Assembly: GCA_949372595.1 (NCBI GenBank)
Contig: CASIAN010000005.1
Location: forward strand, 21,772 to 85,771
DNA: 64,000 bases
Source of the DNA: an uncultured Rhodobacteraceae bacterium
GTDB taxonomy: Bacteria; Pseudomonadota; Alphaproteobacteria; Rhodobacterales; Rhodobacteraceae
Reading direction: 5' to 3'
The notes under the pieces are model-generated. The model made no database searches and was not told the DNA's origin. It saw only the letters and a program-made list of their open reading frames with translations. Shown here in pieces: positions 47,099-57,372 of the stretch (within the stretch, counting starts at the first letter, position 1; each line of letters opens with the position of its first letter). The translations under genes and the position numbers were made by a program.

Positions 47099-48364
47099 AT
47101 GGATCATTTTTTATACCGCGACGGTCTTCTTTATGCCGAAGATGTTGCTTTGGCCGACATCGCGGCGGCGGTTGGTACGCCATTTTATTGTTATTCTACC
47201 GCAACCTTGTTGCGTCACTTCAGATTGTTTGACGAGGCCCTTTCAGGGATGGATCATCTGATTTGCTATGCGATGAAAGCGGCCTCTAATCAGGCGATTC
47301 TGAAAACCCTTGCCGCCGAAGGCGCTGGGATGGATGTGGTTTCGGGTGGGGAATATGCCCGCGCCAGAGCCGCCGGCGTGCCAAGTGACCGTATTGTATT
47401 TTCTGGTGTGGGCAAGACCCGTGACGAAATGCGCACTGTGTTGGCGGGTGGCATCCGCCAATTTAACGTCGAATCCGAGCCAGAGATGATCGCGCTGAGT
47501 GCAGAGGCGGTGGTATTGGGAACTGTGGCCCCTATCACGATCCGGGTGAACCCGGATGTGGATGCCAAGACCCACGCTAAAATTGCTACCGGCAAGTCGG
47601 AAAATAAATTCGGCATTCCCATCTCGCGCGCCCAAGAGGTCTATGCACTGGCAGCCAGCTTGCCCGGCCTTGAGGTGATCGGGATTGATGTGCATATTGG
47701 CAGTCAACTTACCGATCTTGCACCGTTTGAGCTGGCCTATCAAAAAGTGGCTGAGCTGACACATGAGCTGCGGGCGCAAGGCCACAATATCCGACGTCTC
47801 GATCTGGGTGGAGGTCTGGGCATCCCCTACACACAGAACAATGTCCCCCCTCCGCTGCCAGCCGATTATGGCGCGATGGTGAAACGGGTCCTGGGCGATC
47901 TGGACTGTGAGATTGAAATTGAACCGGGTCGCCTAATCGTTGGCAATGCCGGTGTTCTGGTGTCGGAGGTAATTTACGTCAAATCTGGAGAGGACCGCGA
48001 TTTTTTAATTGTAGATGCGGCGATGAACGATCTCATCCGTCCGGCAATGTACGAAGCGCATCATGATATTGTCCCACTGGTCGAGCCGGCCCCCGGCATG
48101 GAGGGGGCTGCCTATGACATCGTGGGTCCAGTATGCGAATCGGGGGATACTTTTGCCAAACAACGCCAGATGGCGTCGCTGAAATCCGGCGATCTGGTGG
48201 CGTTCCGATCTTCGGGCGCTTACGGCGCGGTGATGGCCAGTGAGTATAATACCCGCCCGTTGATCCCCGAAGTGATGGTGAACGGTGATCAATTTTGTGT
48301 TATTCGGGCACGACCAACATTTGACGAAATCATCAAACGCGATATCATTCCTAAATGGATGTAA
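47099..48364 (+). CDS. lysA: Diaminopimelate decarboxylase
   Basis: MDHFLYRDGLLYAEDV…YAMKA…DLGGGLGIPY…CESGD…GAY…. Confidence 0.95.
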   Translation: MDHFLYRDGLLYAEDVALADIAAAVGTPFYCYSTATLLRHFRLFDEALSGMDHLICYAMKAASNQAILKTLAAEGAGMDVVSGGEYARARAAGVPSDRIVFSGVGKTRDEMRTVLAGGIRQFNVESEPEMIALSAEAVVLGTVAPITIRVNPDVDAKTHAKIATGKSENKFGIPISRAQEVYALAASLPGLEVIGIDVHIGSQLTDLAPFELAYQKVAELTHELRAQGHNIRRLDLGGGLGIPYTQNNVPPPLPADYGAMVKRVLGDLDCEIEIEPGRLIVGNAGVLVSEVIYVKSGEDRDFLIVDAAMNDLIRPAMYEAHHDIVPLVEPAPGMEGAAYDIVGPVCESGDTFAKQRQMASLKSGDLVAFRSSGAYGAVMASEYNTRPLIPEVMVNGDQFCVIRARPTFDEIIKRDIIPKWM

Positions 48365-48411
48365 TGGCCGGATCAGTCCGGCTGCAGAAATGTGAACCAA
48401 AAATGTGAGCT

Positions 48412-50949
48412 GTGTTGGACCCCACTGAACGTAATAAAGCCCTAAAGCGACTGATCGTGCCGATCAGGCTGACGCAGTTAGGGATGCTGGCCGAACGGGC
48501 GGTGCGGGCGTTCTGGCCCGTGGGTTCGATTGTTCTTTTGACGCTGTCTATGGCCATGCTGGGTTTGCAAGACCATCTCAGTGTGCCCGGTTTTGCCTGT
48601 GTTGCTTTGGCCATCTCAGGTGCGGTAATCGCTTCTGGGATTTTTGCCTTCCGGCGCTGGCATTGGCCGTCGCGGAATGCCGCCCAGATGCGCCTTGACG
48701 ACAGCCTTCCCGGAGGCCCGATCCAGACGCTGCTGGACCGGCCGGTGATCGGTGGCGATGATACCGCCTCTGCCGCGCTTTGGCGCGCACACCTTGGCCG
48801 GGCTATCACCGCACTGCACCGGGCGCGCCCGGTGGCGGGTGATCTGGGGTTGGCCAGCCGTGATCCCTATGCACTGCGCTATTGTGCGTTGCTGGCGTTT
48901 ATGATGGCCCTCTTGTTTGGGTCGGTTTGGCGTGTTGGTTCGGTGCGGGATGTGATCTCTGAGCCTGCGCTTGCGCTGGCCAGTGGACCGGTCTGGGAGG
49001 GTTGGGTCGAACCGCCTGCCTATACGCGGCTGCCGGCGCTCTATCTCAATGAACTGGAAAACGATATTCTGCAGGTGCCACGCGACAGCTTGGTCACAAT
49101 GCGCTTTTACGGTGAATTGGGGGCGCTTTCGCTGCAGCAGACAGTTTCCGGCACGGCCGTGGCTGCAATGCAGGAAACTTCGTCGGTGGAAGAGTTCAGC
49201 GTGGCTACTTCGGGTCAAATTGTGATCAACGGCGAGGGAGGGCGCAGTTGGACCGTGCAGATGACTGACGATGCTCCGCCCAGTATTGCCCTGACCGAAG
49301 CCCCCGATGTCACAGCGCTTGGCGTCATGTCACTGCCGTATCATGCGCAGGATGATTACGGTGTCACCGGTGGGCACGCGGTGATCACGCTGGACTGGGA
49401 TAAGCTTGACCGGCGTTTTGGCCGGCGCGTTGATCCCGAACCACGGCCAGAGATAGACCTTGATCTAACGGTGCCAATCACCGGTGACCGGCGCGATTTT
49501 AGTGACGTGGTTATTCAGGACTTTTCTCAGCATCCTTGGTCCAACCTGCCGGTTCTGATAACGGCAACGGTCACCGACTTGATGGATCAACAGGGCGTGG
49601 CGCCACCTTTTGAAATGCGGTTGCCGGGACGGCGGTTTTTTGACCCATTGGCTGCGGCGGTCATTGAATTGCGCCTTGATTTATTATGGTCTGCGCGAAA
49701 TGCGGCGCGGGTAGCGGTGGTCATGCGGGCAATCTCGCATCGTCCAGAAGATTTGTTTCGCTCTGAGGCGGCGTATTTGCGGCTGCGCATGCTGTTGCAT
49801 CGCATAGAGCGCTTACCTATGGATAAAGACGGGGCGCTTTCGCCTGCAGAGCGCGACGACATTGCGCAAGGCCTTTGGGCATTGGCTCTATTGATCGAAG
49901 AGGGCGATTTGGCAGATGCGCTTGCGCGTTTGCGCCGGGCTGAGGACCGTTTATCTGAGGCAATGAAAAACGGTGCCAGCGATGCGGAAATTGCAGAATT
50001 GATGCAAGAATTTCGTGAGGCCTCTGAGGCCTACATGCGTCAGTTAAGCCGCCAGCAAGCGCAAGACGCCCCACCACAAGCGTCGCCTTCGGACGATAAT
50101 CTTAGCCTTGATCAAAACGATCTACAACGGATGATGGACCGGGTTCAGGAATTGATGGAACAGGGTCGTATGGCCGAGGCCCAGCAAGCGCTGGAACAAT
50201 TGCGTGAGATGATGGAAAATATGCGCGTTACTGAGGGGCAGGGGAAAGGCCAAGGCCAAGGTCGTCAATCTCAGGGTCAGCAGTCATTGGATGGTCTGTC
50301 CAACACGTTGCGTGACCAACAGGGGTTAAGTGATGACGCGTTTCGCGACCTACAGCAACAGACAGACCCGCAAAACCCTTCAGAACCTGAACCGGGGCAA
50401 CCGGGTGCAGGCGCTTCGCGACAGGGTGAACAACCCCAATTTGACCCCAACGGTGCCGCTCAGACCCTGGCGGAACGACAGCGCGCCCTGCGGCGCGAGT
50501 TGCAGCGCCAGCGCCAAGATTTACCGCCCGGACAAGGTGCTGGTGATCAGAGTACCCGTGAGGCACTGGAGCGCGCCGATGAGGCTATGGAGGGGGCTGA
50601 AGAGGCACTGAGGTCAAACGATTTGGCCGAGGCGATTAATCAGCAGTCAAAAGCACTGGATGCTTTGCGCAACGGTGTAAAAGCGCTGAGTGACGCGGTC
50701 AATGATGTAAACCCCGGTCAGGGCGAACCCGGCCAGCAATCGGGGCAGGCTTCGGGGCAGGGGTCAGACCCTTTGGGTCGACAGCCCGGTAGCAGCGGTA
50801 TGTCCGAGACGGGTGATAGCATGCTGAACGACGAAGATGTCTATCGCCGCGCCCGTGACCTTCTCGATGAAATCCGTCGCCGCAGCGGCGAGGGCGCGCG
50901 GTCGGATATTGAACGCGAGTATCTGGAGCGTTTATTAGACCGCTTTTAG
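48412..50949 (+). CDS. Alphaproteobacterial TIGR02302-type / DUF4175 low-complexity membrane protein (845 aa)
   Basis: N-terminal TM helices, a long extracytoplasmic region and a Gln/Gly/Glu-rich C-terminal third (…GQGKGQGQGRQSQGQQS…). Its position next to lysA is typical for this family. The GTG start is uncertain. Confidence 0.8.
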   Translation: MLDPTERNKALKRLIVPIRLTQLGMLAERAVRAFWPVGSIVLLTLSMAMLGLQDHLSVPGFACVALAISGAVIASGIFAFRRWHWPSRNAAQMRLDDSLPGGPIQTLLDRPVIGGDDTASAALWRAHLGRAITALHRARPVAGDLGLASRDPYALRYCALLAFMMALLFGSVWRVGSVRDVISEPALALASGPVWEGWVEPPAYTRLPALYLNELENDILQVPRDSLVTMRFYGELGALSLQQTVSGTAVAAMQETSSVEEFSVATSGQIVINGEGGRSWTVQMTDDAPPSIALTEAPDVTALGVMSLPYHAQDDYGVTGGHAVITLDWDKLDRRFGRRVDPEPRPEIDLDLTVPITGDRRDFSDVVIQDFSQHPWSNLPVLITATVTDLMDQQGVAPPFEMRLPGRRFFDPLAAAVIELRLDLLWSARNAARVAVVMRAISHRPEDLFRSEAAYLRLRMLLHRIERLPMDKDGALSPAERDDIAQGLWALALLIEEGDLADALARLRRAEDRLSEAMKNGASDAEIAELMQEFREASEAYMRQLSRQQAQDAPPQASPSDDNLSLDQNDLQRMMDRVQELMEQGRMAEAQQALEQLREMMENMRVTEGQGKGQGQGRQSQGQQSLDGLSNTLRDQQGLSDDAFRDLQQQTDPQNPSEPEPGQPGAGASRQGEQPQFDPNGAAQTLAERQRALRRELQRQRQDLPPGQGAGDQSTREALERADEAMEGAEEALRSNDLAEAINQQSKALDALRNGVKALSDAVNDVNPGQGEPGQQSGQASGQGSDPLGRQPGSSGMSETGDSMLNDEDVYRRARDLLDEIRRRSGEGARSDIEREYLERLLDRF

Positions 50950-51173
50950 GGCGCAGCCCTGGCTTTGAACGCGGCCTGTCACAAATAGACTTAGAAAATC
51001 AAAGCTGTGGTAGAGGGATACAAAAAACTAAAGCACGACTTTTAATAGCTCGTGGTGGCCCCACCAGCGTCAGCCTGTGGTGGTTGAACCATCTTGCCTG
51101 AAGCGGCAGTTTGTGACGGCACACCTGGCGCAATCAAAAACGGCGCAATCGCAGTCCAGTCAATTATTCGCCG

Positions 51174-51980
51174 TCATTGCACCGTTTGTTCGAACAGTAC
51201 AACTGCCTGTTCGGCCTGTTGGTCGAGCCAGAGGCGTGCCTCGTTTATGGTGGCTTTGTATTGATCAAGCGGTGGTGTCAGCTCGGGAACCAGCTCACCG
51301 ATATATCCTGCCTGAACATAGACCCCAGTCAGCAGCGTTGCGATAATGAGAATAGAGAGAAATCCGGCAGAGAAACCAGCCTGATGGTAAAAGGCTGGTG
51401 CCGGGTCACTTTCTTGGGTGAGGGTGCTGCTTGATGCGCGCAGGCTTGAACCCAAGGTATCAACGTCTGGTAACGGTGATGGTAAATCATCACTCCCTGC
51501 GGCAGGCGATGGCGGGGCTTGATCGTCTGAGTTGGCTTGCTCGCTCAGGCCGCGCATTCGCCCAATACGCTCTTGCGATTCGCGGGCGTGTCGCTGTGAG
51601 GTATTAATTTTATCAGCAGAGTCCAACCCGAGGTCTGGCTGGCTTTCCAATCCGCCAGCGGAATCCTGTGATCGAAGCCGGACTTCCGCTGCCGCCTCTT
51701 GCCGCAGGACATCAGCGATTGCGGTGTCCAGAGGTGGCAGATCTGTGCTCAAAGCGGCGGCGGGAGGCGGATCTGAGGTTTCGGTGGTCCCTGGCCCGTC
51801 TGACGGTGGCAGTGCGGCGAGCACTTTGCTAAGATCACCACCAATCTCGGGGTCGGCCTCTGGTGGTTTTGAAAACCACGTCACGCCGCAACTGGAACAT
51901 TGCAGATCTCGGCCGACGGCCGGAATTGCATCATTGGGAATTTCATATTCGGCAGTGCAATTGGGACAAATCAGCCGCAT
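51174..51980 (-). CDS. MJ0042-type zinc-ribbon protein with Pro-rich linker and C-terminal TM helix
   Basis: MRLICPNCTAEYEIPNDAIPAVGRDLQCSSCGVTWF (CxxC…CxxC), an acidic/Pro-rich middle and a hydrophobic helix FLSILIIATLLTGVYV. Confidence 0.75.
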   Translation of the reverse strand: MRLICPNCTAEYEIPNDAIPAVGRDLQCSSCGVTWFSKPPEADPEIGGDLSKVLAALPPSDGPGTTETSDPPPAAALSTDLPPLDTAIADVLRQEAAAEVRLRSQDSAGGLESQPDLGLDSADKINTSQRHARESQERIGRMRGLSEQANSDDQAPPSPAAGSDDLPSPLPDVDTLGSSLRASSSTLTQESDPAPAFYHQAGFSAGFLSILIIATLLTGVYVQAGYIGELVPELTPPLDQYKATINEARLWLDQQAEQAVVLFEQTVQ

Positions 51981-52131
51981 CTTTTCACCTGTCTAAAGTC
52001 CATCGGTATGACGTTCCTATCTTCTATACGATGGTTTATGCCGCTGCAAAAGTCCCTGTCAATAAAGCAGTGTCGATTGCAACCTGCGCGGCGCTGAGGC
52101 ACAACAGGGTAACACAAGCAAAACAGAAGCG

Positions 52132-52824
52132 GTGAACGCAGTGATCGAGTTGGAAAATGTCGCCTATAGTTATGGTTTCGGCAGCAATGAACTGCTTGCG
52201 GATATCTCGCTCAAACTGTCTCCGGGGTCGTTTCATTTTTTAACTGGGCCTTCGGGTGCGGGCAAAACAACATTTTTGAAACTTTGCTATGGTGCATTGG
52301 TTCCAACCGCAGGTCGCATTCAGTTATTTTCAGAAGATTTAAGGGTGATGAGCCGGGATAGTATTGCGATGTCGCGGCGGCGAATCGGTGTGGTGCATCA
52401 AGATTGCCAGTTTGTGGATCATCTGAATGTGCATGATAATATTTCTTTGCCGCTTAATGTGGTGGGTGACGGGCAATTGGCGGATCTGAGCAATTTGAAT
52501 GATCTGCTGGGGTGGGTTGGTTTGACCACCCGGGCCAACGCATTCCCTGCCGAATTGTCCGGCGGTGAGCGCCAGCGTGCCGCATTGGCGCGGGCTGTGG
52601 TGATGTCACCCGATGTGATTCTCGCCGATGAGCCGACAGGAAATATTGACTGGGAGATGTCGCAACGTCTGCTGCATCTTCTTGTCGAGTTGAACAGAAT
52701 GGGTAAAACTGTGATGGTTGCGACCCACGATATGAGTTTGATCCGGGCCGCCAAAGCCCTCGTGCAGGCCCGGGTTTTGCGAATCTCAAACCGACGATTG
52801 CAACTGGCAGGGGCTGATTTGTGA
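52132..52824 (+). CDS. ftsE: Cell-division ABC ATPase FtsE
   Basis: Walker A GPSGAGKTT, signature LSGGERQR and Walker B VILADEP. GTG start at 52132 or 52141. Confidence 0.88.
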   Translation: MNAVIELENVAYSYGFGSNELLADISLKLSPGSFHFLTGPSGAGKTTFLKLCYGALVPTAGRIQLFSEDLRVMSRDSIAMSRRRIGVVHQDCQFVDHLNVHDNISLPLNVVGDGQLADLSNLNDLLGWVGLTTRANAFPAELSGGERQRAALARAVVMSPDVILADEPTGNIDWEMSQRLLHLLVELNRMGKTVMVATHDMSLIRAAKALVQARVLRISNRRLQLAGADL

Positions 52825-53726
52825 TGCTGGGTGTTGTTTCTAGCATAAAGATTTTAGCTGGCGATAGGCAGGCAGACCGCATAGTGCCCCCAACCGGTTT
52901 TACCGCTCGGTTGACCCTTTTCACCGCGGCTGCGATGGCATTTTTATCGGTGTTTGCGCTGGCATTATCACTGGCTTCGGGGCGGCTGGCAACCCGTTGG
53001 GGCGAAGAGCTCGCGCAGAGTTCCACGGTACGGATCTCGGCACCATCCGATCAACTGGCATCTCAGACTGAGGCGGCGCTGCGCGTGTTGAGCAGCACCA
53101 AGGGGGTGGCTTCGGCGCGGGCGTTGACCAAGACCGAACAACAGGCGCTGTTAGAACCATGGCTGGGGCCTGATGTTCCGGTCGATACGTTGCCGGTTCC
53201 GCAATTGATCGAGGTGATCGAGGCTCCGGAGGGCTATGATGTTGCCGGTCTGCGGCTGCGCCTTTTGGCCGAGGTCGCGGGGGCGGTTGTGGATGATCAC
53301 ACCCGGTGGCGGCGGCCTCTCGTACGGGCGGCGGCGCGCTTGCGCTTGCTGGCTTGGCTGTCTATCGGGCTGATTGGCGGGTTGATGGCGGCGATGATAA
53401 CGCTGGCGGCCAATGCGACACTGGCGGCCAATACGCAAGTGATCGCAGTTCTCCGGCTCATTGGGGCAACCGATATGTACATAACAGGGGCCTTTGTGCG
53501 CCGCTTTACCAGCCGGGCCTTATTCGGAGCGTGCATTGGGACAGCGGTGGCGGTGCTGGCTTTGGTGTTTTCACCCTCATCCGGACACGAAAACAGTTTC
53601 CTGACCGGTTTGGGGTTCCAAGGGTTCCATTGGATCTTGCCAGCCATGGTGCCGTTTGTGGCGGCGGCTGTCGCCTTTGTCTCGACCCGTGCTGCCGCGT
53701 CGCGCGCTTTGCGGGCGTTCTCATGA
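52824..53726 (+). CDS. ftsX: FtsX-like permease
   Basis: The start overlaps the ftsE TGA. One N-terminal TM helix, a periplasmic domain and three C-terminal TM helices. Confidence 0.8.
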   Translation: MLGVVSSIKILAGDRQADRIVPPTGFTARLTLFTAAAMAFLSVFALALSLASGRLATRWGEELAQSSTVRISAPSDQLASQTEAALRVLSSTKGVASARALTKTEQQALLEPWLGPDVPVDTLPVPQLIEVIEAPEGYDVAGLRLRLLAEVAGAVVDDHTRWRRPLVRAAARLRLLAWLSIGLIGGLMAAMITLAANATLAANTQVIAVLRLIGATDMYITGAFVRRFTSRALFGACIGTAVAVLALVFSPSSGHENSFLTGLGFQGFHWILPAMVPFVAAAVAFVSTRAAASRALRAFS

Positions 53727-54475
53727 TAGGCGTGGCGGTGCAATGGATTCGATCCCTGTTGTTTTGTACGCAGATGTATCTGGCGCTGGCGTTGGTTGCA
53801 GTGGCCTTCGCGCCTTGGGCGGCTTTTGATCGCCGTGGTGCGCGGATGGCGGCCATGGTCTATTGTCGCTGGGTGCGCTGGACTGCGGATTGGATGGTTG
53901 GATTAAAATCTGAAATTCGTGGCGATGTGCCCAGTGGCGAGGTTCTTGTGGCGTCAAAACATCAAAGTTTCTTTGATGTGATTATCTTGGTCAGCGTGTT
54001 GAAGCAGCCAAAATTTATTTACAAATCTGTACTTAAATACGTGCCTTTCGTCGGATTGTATGCGCGTTGGCTTGGCTGTATTTCGGTCAACCGCGGTCGT
54101 CGGGGCGAGGCGATTCGCAATATGGTGGCGGCGGTTACTGCCAGTGACGTTGTGCGTGGACAGTTGGTTATCTATCCGCAGGGCACGCGTGTTAAACCGG
54201 GGGCACATGCGCCTTTCAAGGTCGGCATTGCGGTGCTTTATACAGCGACCGCTCAGACCTGCGTGCCGGTGGCGACTAATGTTGGTGTGTTTTGGCCCCG
54301 TTTGACTGTGCTGCGCAAGCCGGGGCTGGCGGTGATAGAGTTTTTGCCCCCAATCGTGCCGGGCTTGGACAAAAATGCTTTTTTAAAGCAGCTTGAGGAC
54401 GTGGTTGAGACGCAGTCTAATAGATTGATGGCCGAAGCTGGCTTTGATGTGGAACGGCCTGAGACAGGACCCTAG
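53723..54475 (+). CDS. plsC: 1-acyl-sn-glycerol-3-phosphate acyltransferase
   Basis: The ATG at 53723 overlaps the ftsX TGA (ATGA). The acyltransferase motif is VASKHQSFFDVI (HxxxxD), followed by YPQGTR. The upstream 139 codons of the track ORF lie out of frame inside ftsX. Confidence 0.85.
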   Translation: MIGVAVQWIRSLLFCTQMYLALALVAVAFAPWAAFDRRGARMAAMVYCRWVRWTADWMVGLKSEIRGDVPSGEVLVASKHQSFFDVIILVSVLKQPKFIYKSVLKYVPFVGLYARWLGCISVNRGRRGEAIRNMVAAVTASDVVRGQLVIYPQGTRVKPGAHAPFKVGIAVLYTATAQTCVPVATNVGVFWPRLTVLRKPGLAVIEFLPPIVPGLDKNAFLKQLEDVVETQSNRLMAEAGFDVERPETGP

Positions 54476-54632
54476 AAATAGGTTTGCCGGATATGGATTG
54501 GGCGGGTTGAGAATTGCCAAAGCTGGATATTCCAGAGACAGATTTTCCTGACTTCGATTGACCTGAGCCATATGTGCGTGGCCACGATATGACGCGCTTT
54601 ATCTGGTAGAGAAAATCGTCTAAAGGTAGATT

Positions 54633-55138
54633 ATGGCTTATGGATTGCTTGTTATAGATGTTGAGAATCCATCGTGGACGCCACCGCGACTGTGGATCGT
54701 CAGCCGATCATAGGTCAGGCGCTTCAAAATACGGTAGACCGCCTTGCCATACTGTAGCGTCAAGCCCGTGCCGCCGGGACGCTAGTTTTTGCTGTTCAAC
54801 ATGACGGCGCGTCCGGTCACCGTCTGGCGCAAGGGTCGCAAGATTGGAAAATTCGCCGCAAAGTGGCCCCACTAGGGGGCGTTATTGTGATTAACAAATC
54901 CCACAGTGATGCCTCTTACCAGACTGATCTTACAGCCCAGCTTGAAACGCGTGGTGTGACGCATCTGATTGTGACAGGCTACATGAGCCAGTATTGCGTC
55001 GATATCACCGTGCGGCGTGCCGTAGACTTGGGCTATGTTGTCACATTGGTCGCCGATGGTCACGGCACCAGTGATGACGGTGCGCTGCGCCATGATCAGA
55101 TTACCGCCCACCACAATATCCTTGTGGGTAAAATCTAA
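54633..55138 (+). pseudogene. Isochorismatase/cysteine-hydrolase family pseudogene (frameshift + in-frame TAG)
   Basis: ATG 54633 gives MAYGLLVIDVEN…, which runs into a stop. The family continues in another frame (…QPIIGQALQNTVDRLAIL*RQARAAGTLVFAVQHDG…) with TAG at 54755-54757. Only the last 91 codons (54863..55138) are open. Confidence 0.6.
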
Positions 55139-55355
55139 GACCCTGAGACGCAGTTGCCGGTAAAAACCACCAAGGAAATTTCGGTCTCCTGACAGGGGTG
55201 ATTAACCATAAAGTCATGGTACGCGCCCCCACCGTCTTGCGATGCTGTCCATGGCCGGTTGGATATTACCGATTGGACAACGCCGCACGCATGGCTAAAG
55301 TTTGGTAAGATGTCTTAACCGCTCACCAAAACCCGCAAACTGTCAGGGGACCACG

Positions 55356-55958
55356 ATGCAAAATATTTCTTCAATCAGCGAACTAGAGGCGCTTTATGGC
55401 CAGCCAAGCGATGCCGCGATCCGCAAGGTTTCACCACGGCTGACGCCTCTGTACCGGCGCTGGATCATGGCCTCGCGGTTCTGTGTGCTGACCAGTGTTG
55501 GCCCCGATGGTACCGATGGCAGCCCGCGGGGCGAAGATGGGCCGGTTGTGCAAGAGCTGGATCCTCAAACCTTGGCAATGCCCGACTGGCGTGGCAATAA
55601 CCGGCTCGATAGCCTGCGCAATATCATCAGTGACGGCCGGGTGTCGCTGATGTTCATGGTGCCGGGGTCAACCACAATCGTGCGGGTGAACGGTCGTGCG
55701 GTGTTAAGCGCCGACACCGATCTGCGGACGCGGTTTGAGCGCCGAGGGAAATTGCCCGCAACCGTGATCGTGATCACACTGCAAGAGATCTATGCACAAT
55801 GCGCCCGCGCACCGCTGCGCGCCGGTCTGTGGCAGCGCAACGATCGTGACGCGGTGCCAAGCATGGGCGATATTTTGGCTGAAATGACCAATGGTAAAGA
55901 GGGGGGGGCAGACTTTGACAAAAAATTTCAAAGCCTTGAACCAGACGGACTTTGGTAG
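55356..55958 (+). CDS. Pyridoxamine 5'-phosphate oxidase-family (PPOX-type FMN-binding) protein
   Basis: MQNISSISELEALYGQPSDAAIRKV…DGSPRGE…DWRGNNRLDSLRNI…VNGRA… I chose the ATG at 55356. Confidence 0.75.
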   Translation: MQNISSISELEALYGQPSDAAIRKVSPRLTPLYRRWIMASRFCVLTSVGPDGTDGSPRGEDGPVVQELDPQTLAMPDWRGNNRLDSLRNIISDGRVSLMFMVPGSTTIVRVNGRAVLSADTDLRTRFERRGKLPATVIVITLQEIYAQCARAPLRAGLWQRNDRDAVPSMGDILAEMTNGKEGGADFDKKFQSLEPDGLW

Positions 55959-55983
55959 GCGCGATTACATTCGCGCCTACCAG

Positions 55984-57372
55984 CTACATGTGGATGGGTC
56001 CGTCACCACAGGCCAGCGCCGCCTCGCGCACTGCCTCTGAATAGGTCGGGTGGGCGTGGCAGGTCATCGCCAGATCCTGCGCCGAGGCCCCAAATTCCAT
56101 TGCAACACAAATTTCATGGATCAAATCACCGGCACTGGGGCCAATGATATGAGCGCCCAAGATGCGGTCAGTGGTTTTATCGGCCAAGATTTTTACAAAC
56201 CCGTCAGCGGCAAAATTGGCCTTTGCGCGACCATTGCCCATAAACGAAAACTTACCAACCTTATAGGCGCGGCCGCTGTCTTTCAGCGCGTCCTCGGTCA
56301 TGCCGACATTGGCCACTTCGGGGTGGGTGTAAATCACGCCTGGGATTACTCCATAATTCACATGCCCGTGTTTGCCGGCGATCACTTCGGCGGTGGCCAT
56401 GCCCTCATCCTCGGCTTTATGTGCCAACATCGGGCCGTCGATCGCATCGCCGATGGCATAGATGCCGGGGATGTTGGTCTGCCAATGGTCGTTTGTTTTG
56501 ATTTGGCCGCGGTCGCTCATCTCGACACCCAGTGCGGTCAATCCCAGCCCGTCGGTAAAGGGTTTGCGCCCTGTGGCGACCAGAACGACATCAGTATCCA
56601 GTTGGTGTTCGCTGTCGTCTTTGCGCAGTTTATAACTGACTTTGGTTTTGGTCTTTAGCCGTTCAACATCCTGCACCGCAGCGCCCATGATAAAGCTCAT
56701 ACCCTGTTTTTTCAAAATTTTCTGAAAAGTTTTCTGCACCTCGGCGTCCATCCCTGGGGTGATCGCGTCGAGAAATTCTACCACGGTGACGTCGGTGCCG
56801 AGCCGGGCATAGACACTGCCCAGTTCAAGACCGATCACACCCGCCCCGATCACCACCATTTTGCGCGGAATTTTATCCAGTGTCAGCGCGCCGGTTGAGG
56901 TCACGATAACCTGCTCATCCACGTCGATGCCAGGCAGTGTGGATGGCTCTGAGCCCGAGGCGATGATGATATTTTTGGTCTCATAAAGGGTGTCGCCGAC
57001 CTTGACCTTGCCGGCCTCGGGAACGGACCCCCAGCCTTTCAGCCAATCAATTTTGTTTTTCTTAAATAGAAATTCGACGCCCTTGGTGTTGCCGTTGATC
57101 ACCTCGTCCTTATAGGCCATCATCTGGGACCAATCGACCGTTGGCGTTTTGCCCATCAGTCCCATTTTGGCAAAGTTGTGTTCCGCCTCATGCAGTTGAT
57201 GGGACGCATGCAACAGCGCTTTTGAGGGGATGCATCCAACGTTCAGGCAGGTGCCGCCCAAGGTTTCGCGGCCCTCAACACAGGCAGTTTTCAACCCCAA
57301 TTGGGCGCAGCGGATGGCTGCAACATAGCCGCCGGGGCCTGAGCCGATAATAATAACGTCATACTGTGCCAT
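55984..57372 (-). CDS. lpdA: Dihydrolipoyl dehydrogenase (E3)
   Basis: [19 protein letters not shown]…[13 protein letters not shown]…HAHPT…. AGGAGA lies upstream of the ATG at 57372. Confidence 0.95.
   Translation of the reverse strand: MAQYDVIIIGSGPGGYVAAIRCAQLGLKTACVEGRETLGGTCLNVGCIPSKALLHASHQLHEAEHNFAKMGLMGKTPTVDWSQMMAYKDEVINGNTKGVEFLFKKNKIDWLKGWGSVPEAGKVKVGDTLYETKNIIIASGSEPSTLPGIDVDEQVIVTSTGALTLDKIPRKMVVIGAGVIGLELGSVYARLGTDVTVVEFLDAITPGMDAEVQKTFQKILKKQGMSFIMGAAVQDVERLKTKTKVSYKLRKDDSEHQLDTDVVLVATGRKPFTDGLGLTALGVEMSDRGQIKTNDHWQTNIPGIYAIGDAIDGPMLAHKAEDEGMATAEVIAGKHGHVNYGVIPGVIYTHPEVANVGMTEDALKDSGRAYKVGKFSFMGNGRAKANFAADGFVKILADKTTDRILGAHIIGPSAGDLIHEICVAMEFGASAQDLAMTCHAHPTYSEAVREAALACGDGPIHM

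Noticed and set aside
50233-50283. A GGNCAR-rich stretch (GQGKGQGQGRQSQGQQS) that looked like a DNA tandem repeat or VNTR.
   Set aside because: The nucleotide units are imperfect and in frame within the TIGR02302-type gene. It is protein low-complexity sequence rather than an independent repeat element.
53306-53722. The 5' 139 codons of track ORF 53306..54475, which would make a 389-aa PlsC.
   Set aside because: This part runs out of frame through ftsX and is Gly/Arg-rich nonsense. An ATG at 53723 overlaps the ftsX stop (ATGA) and gives a normal 250-aa acyltransferase.
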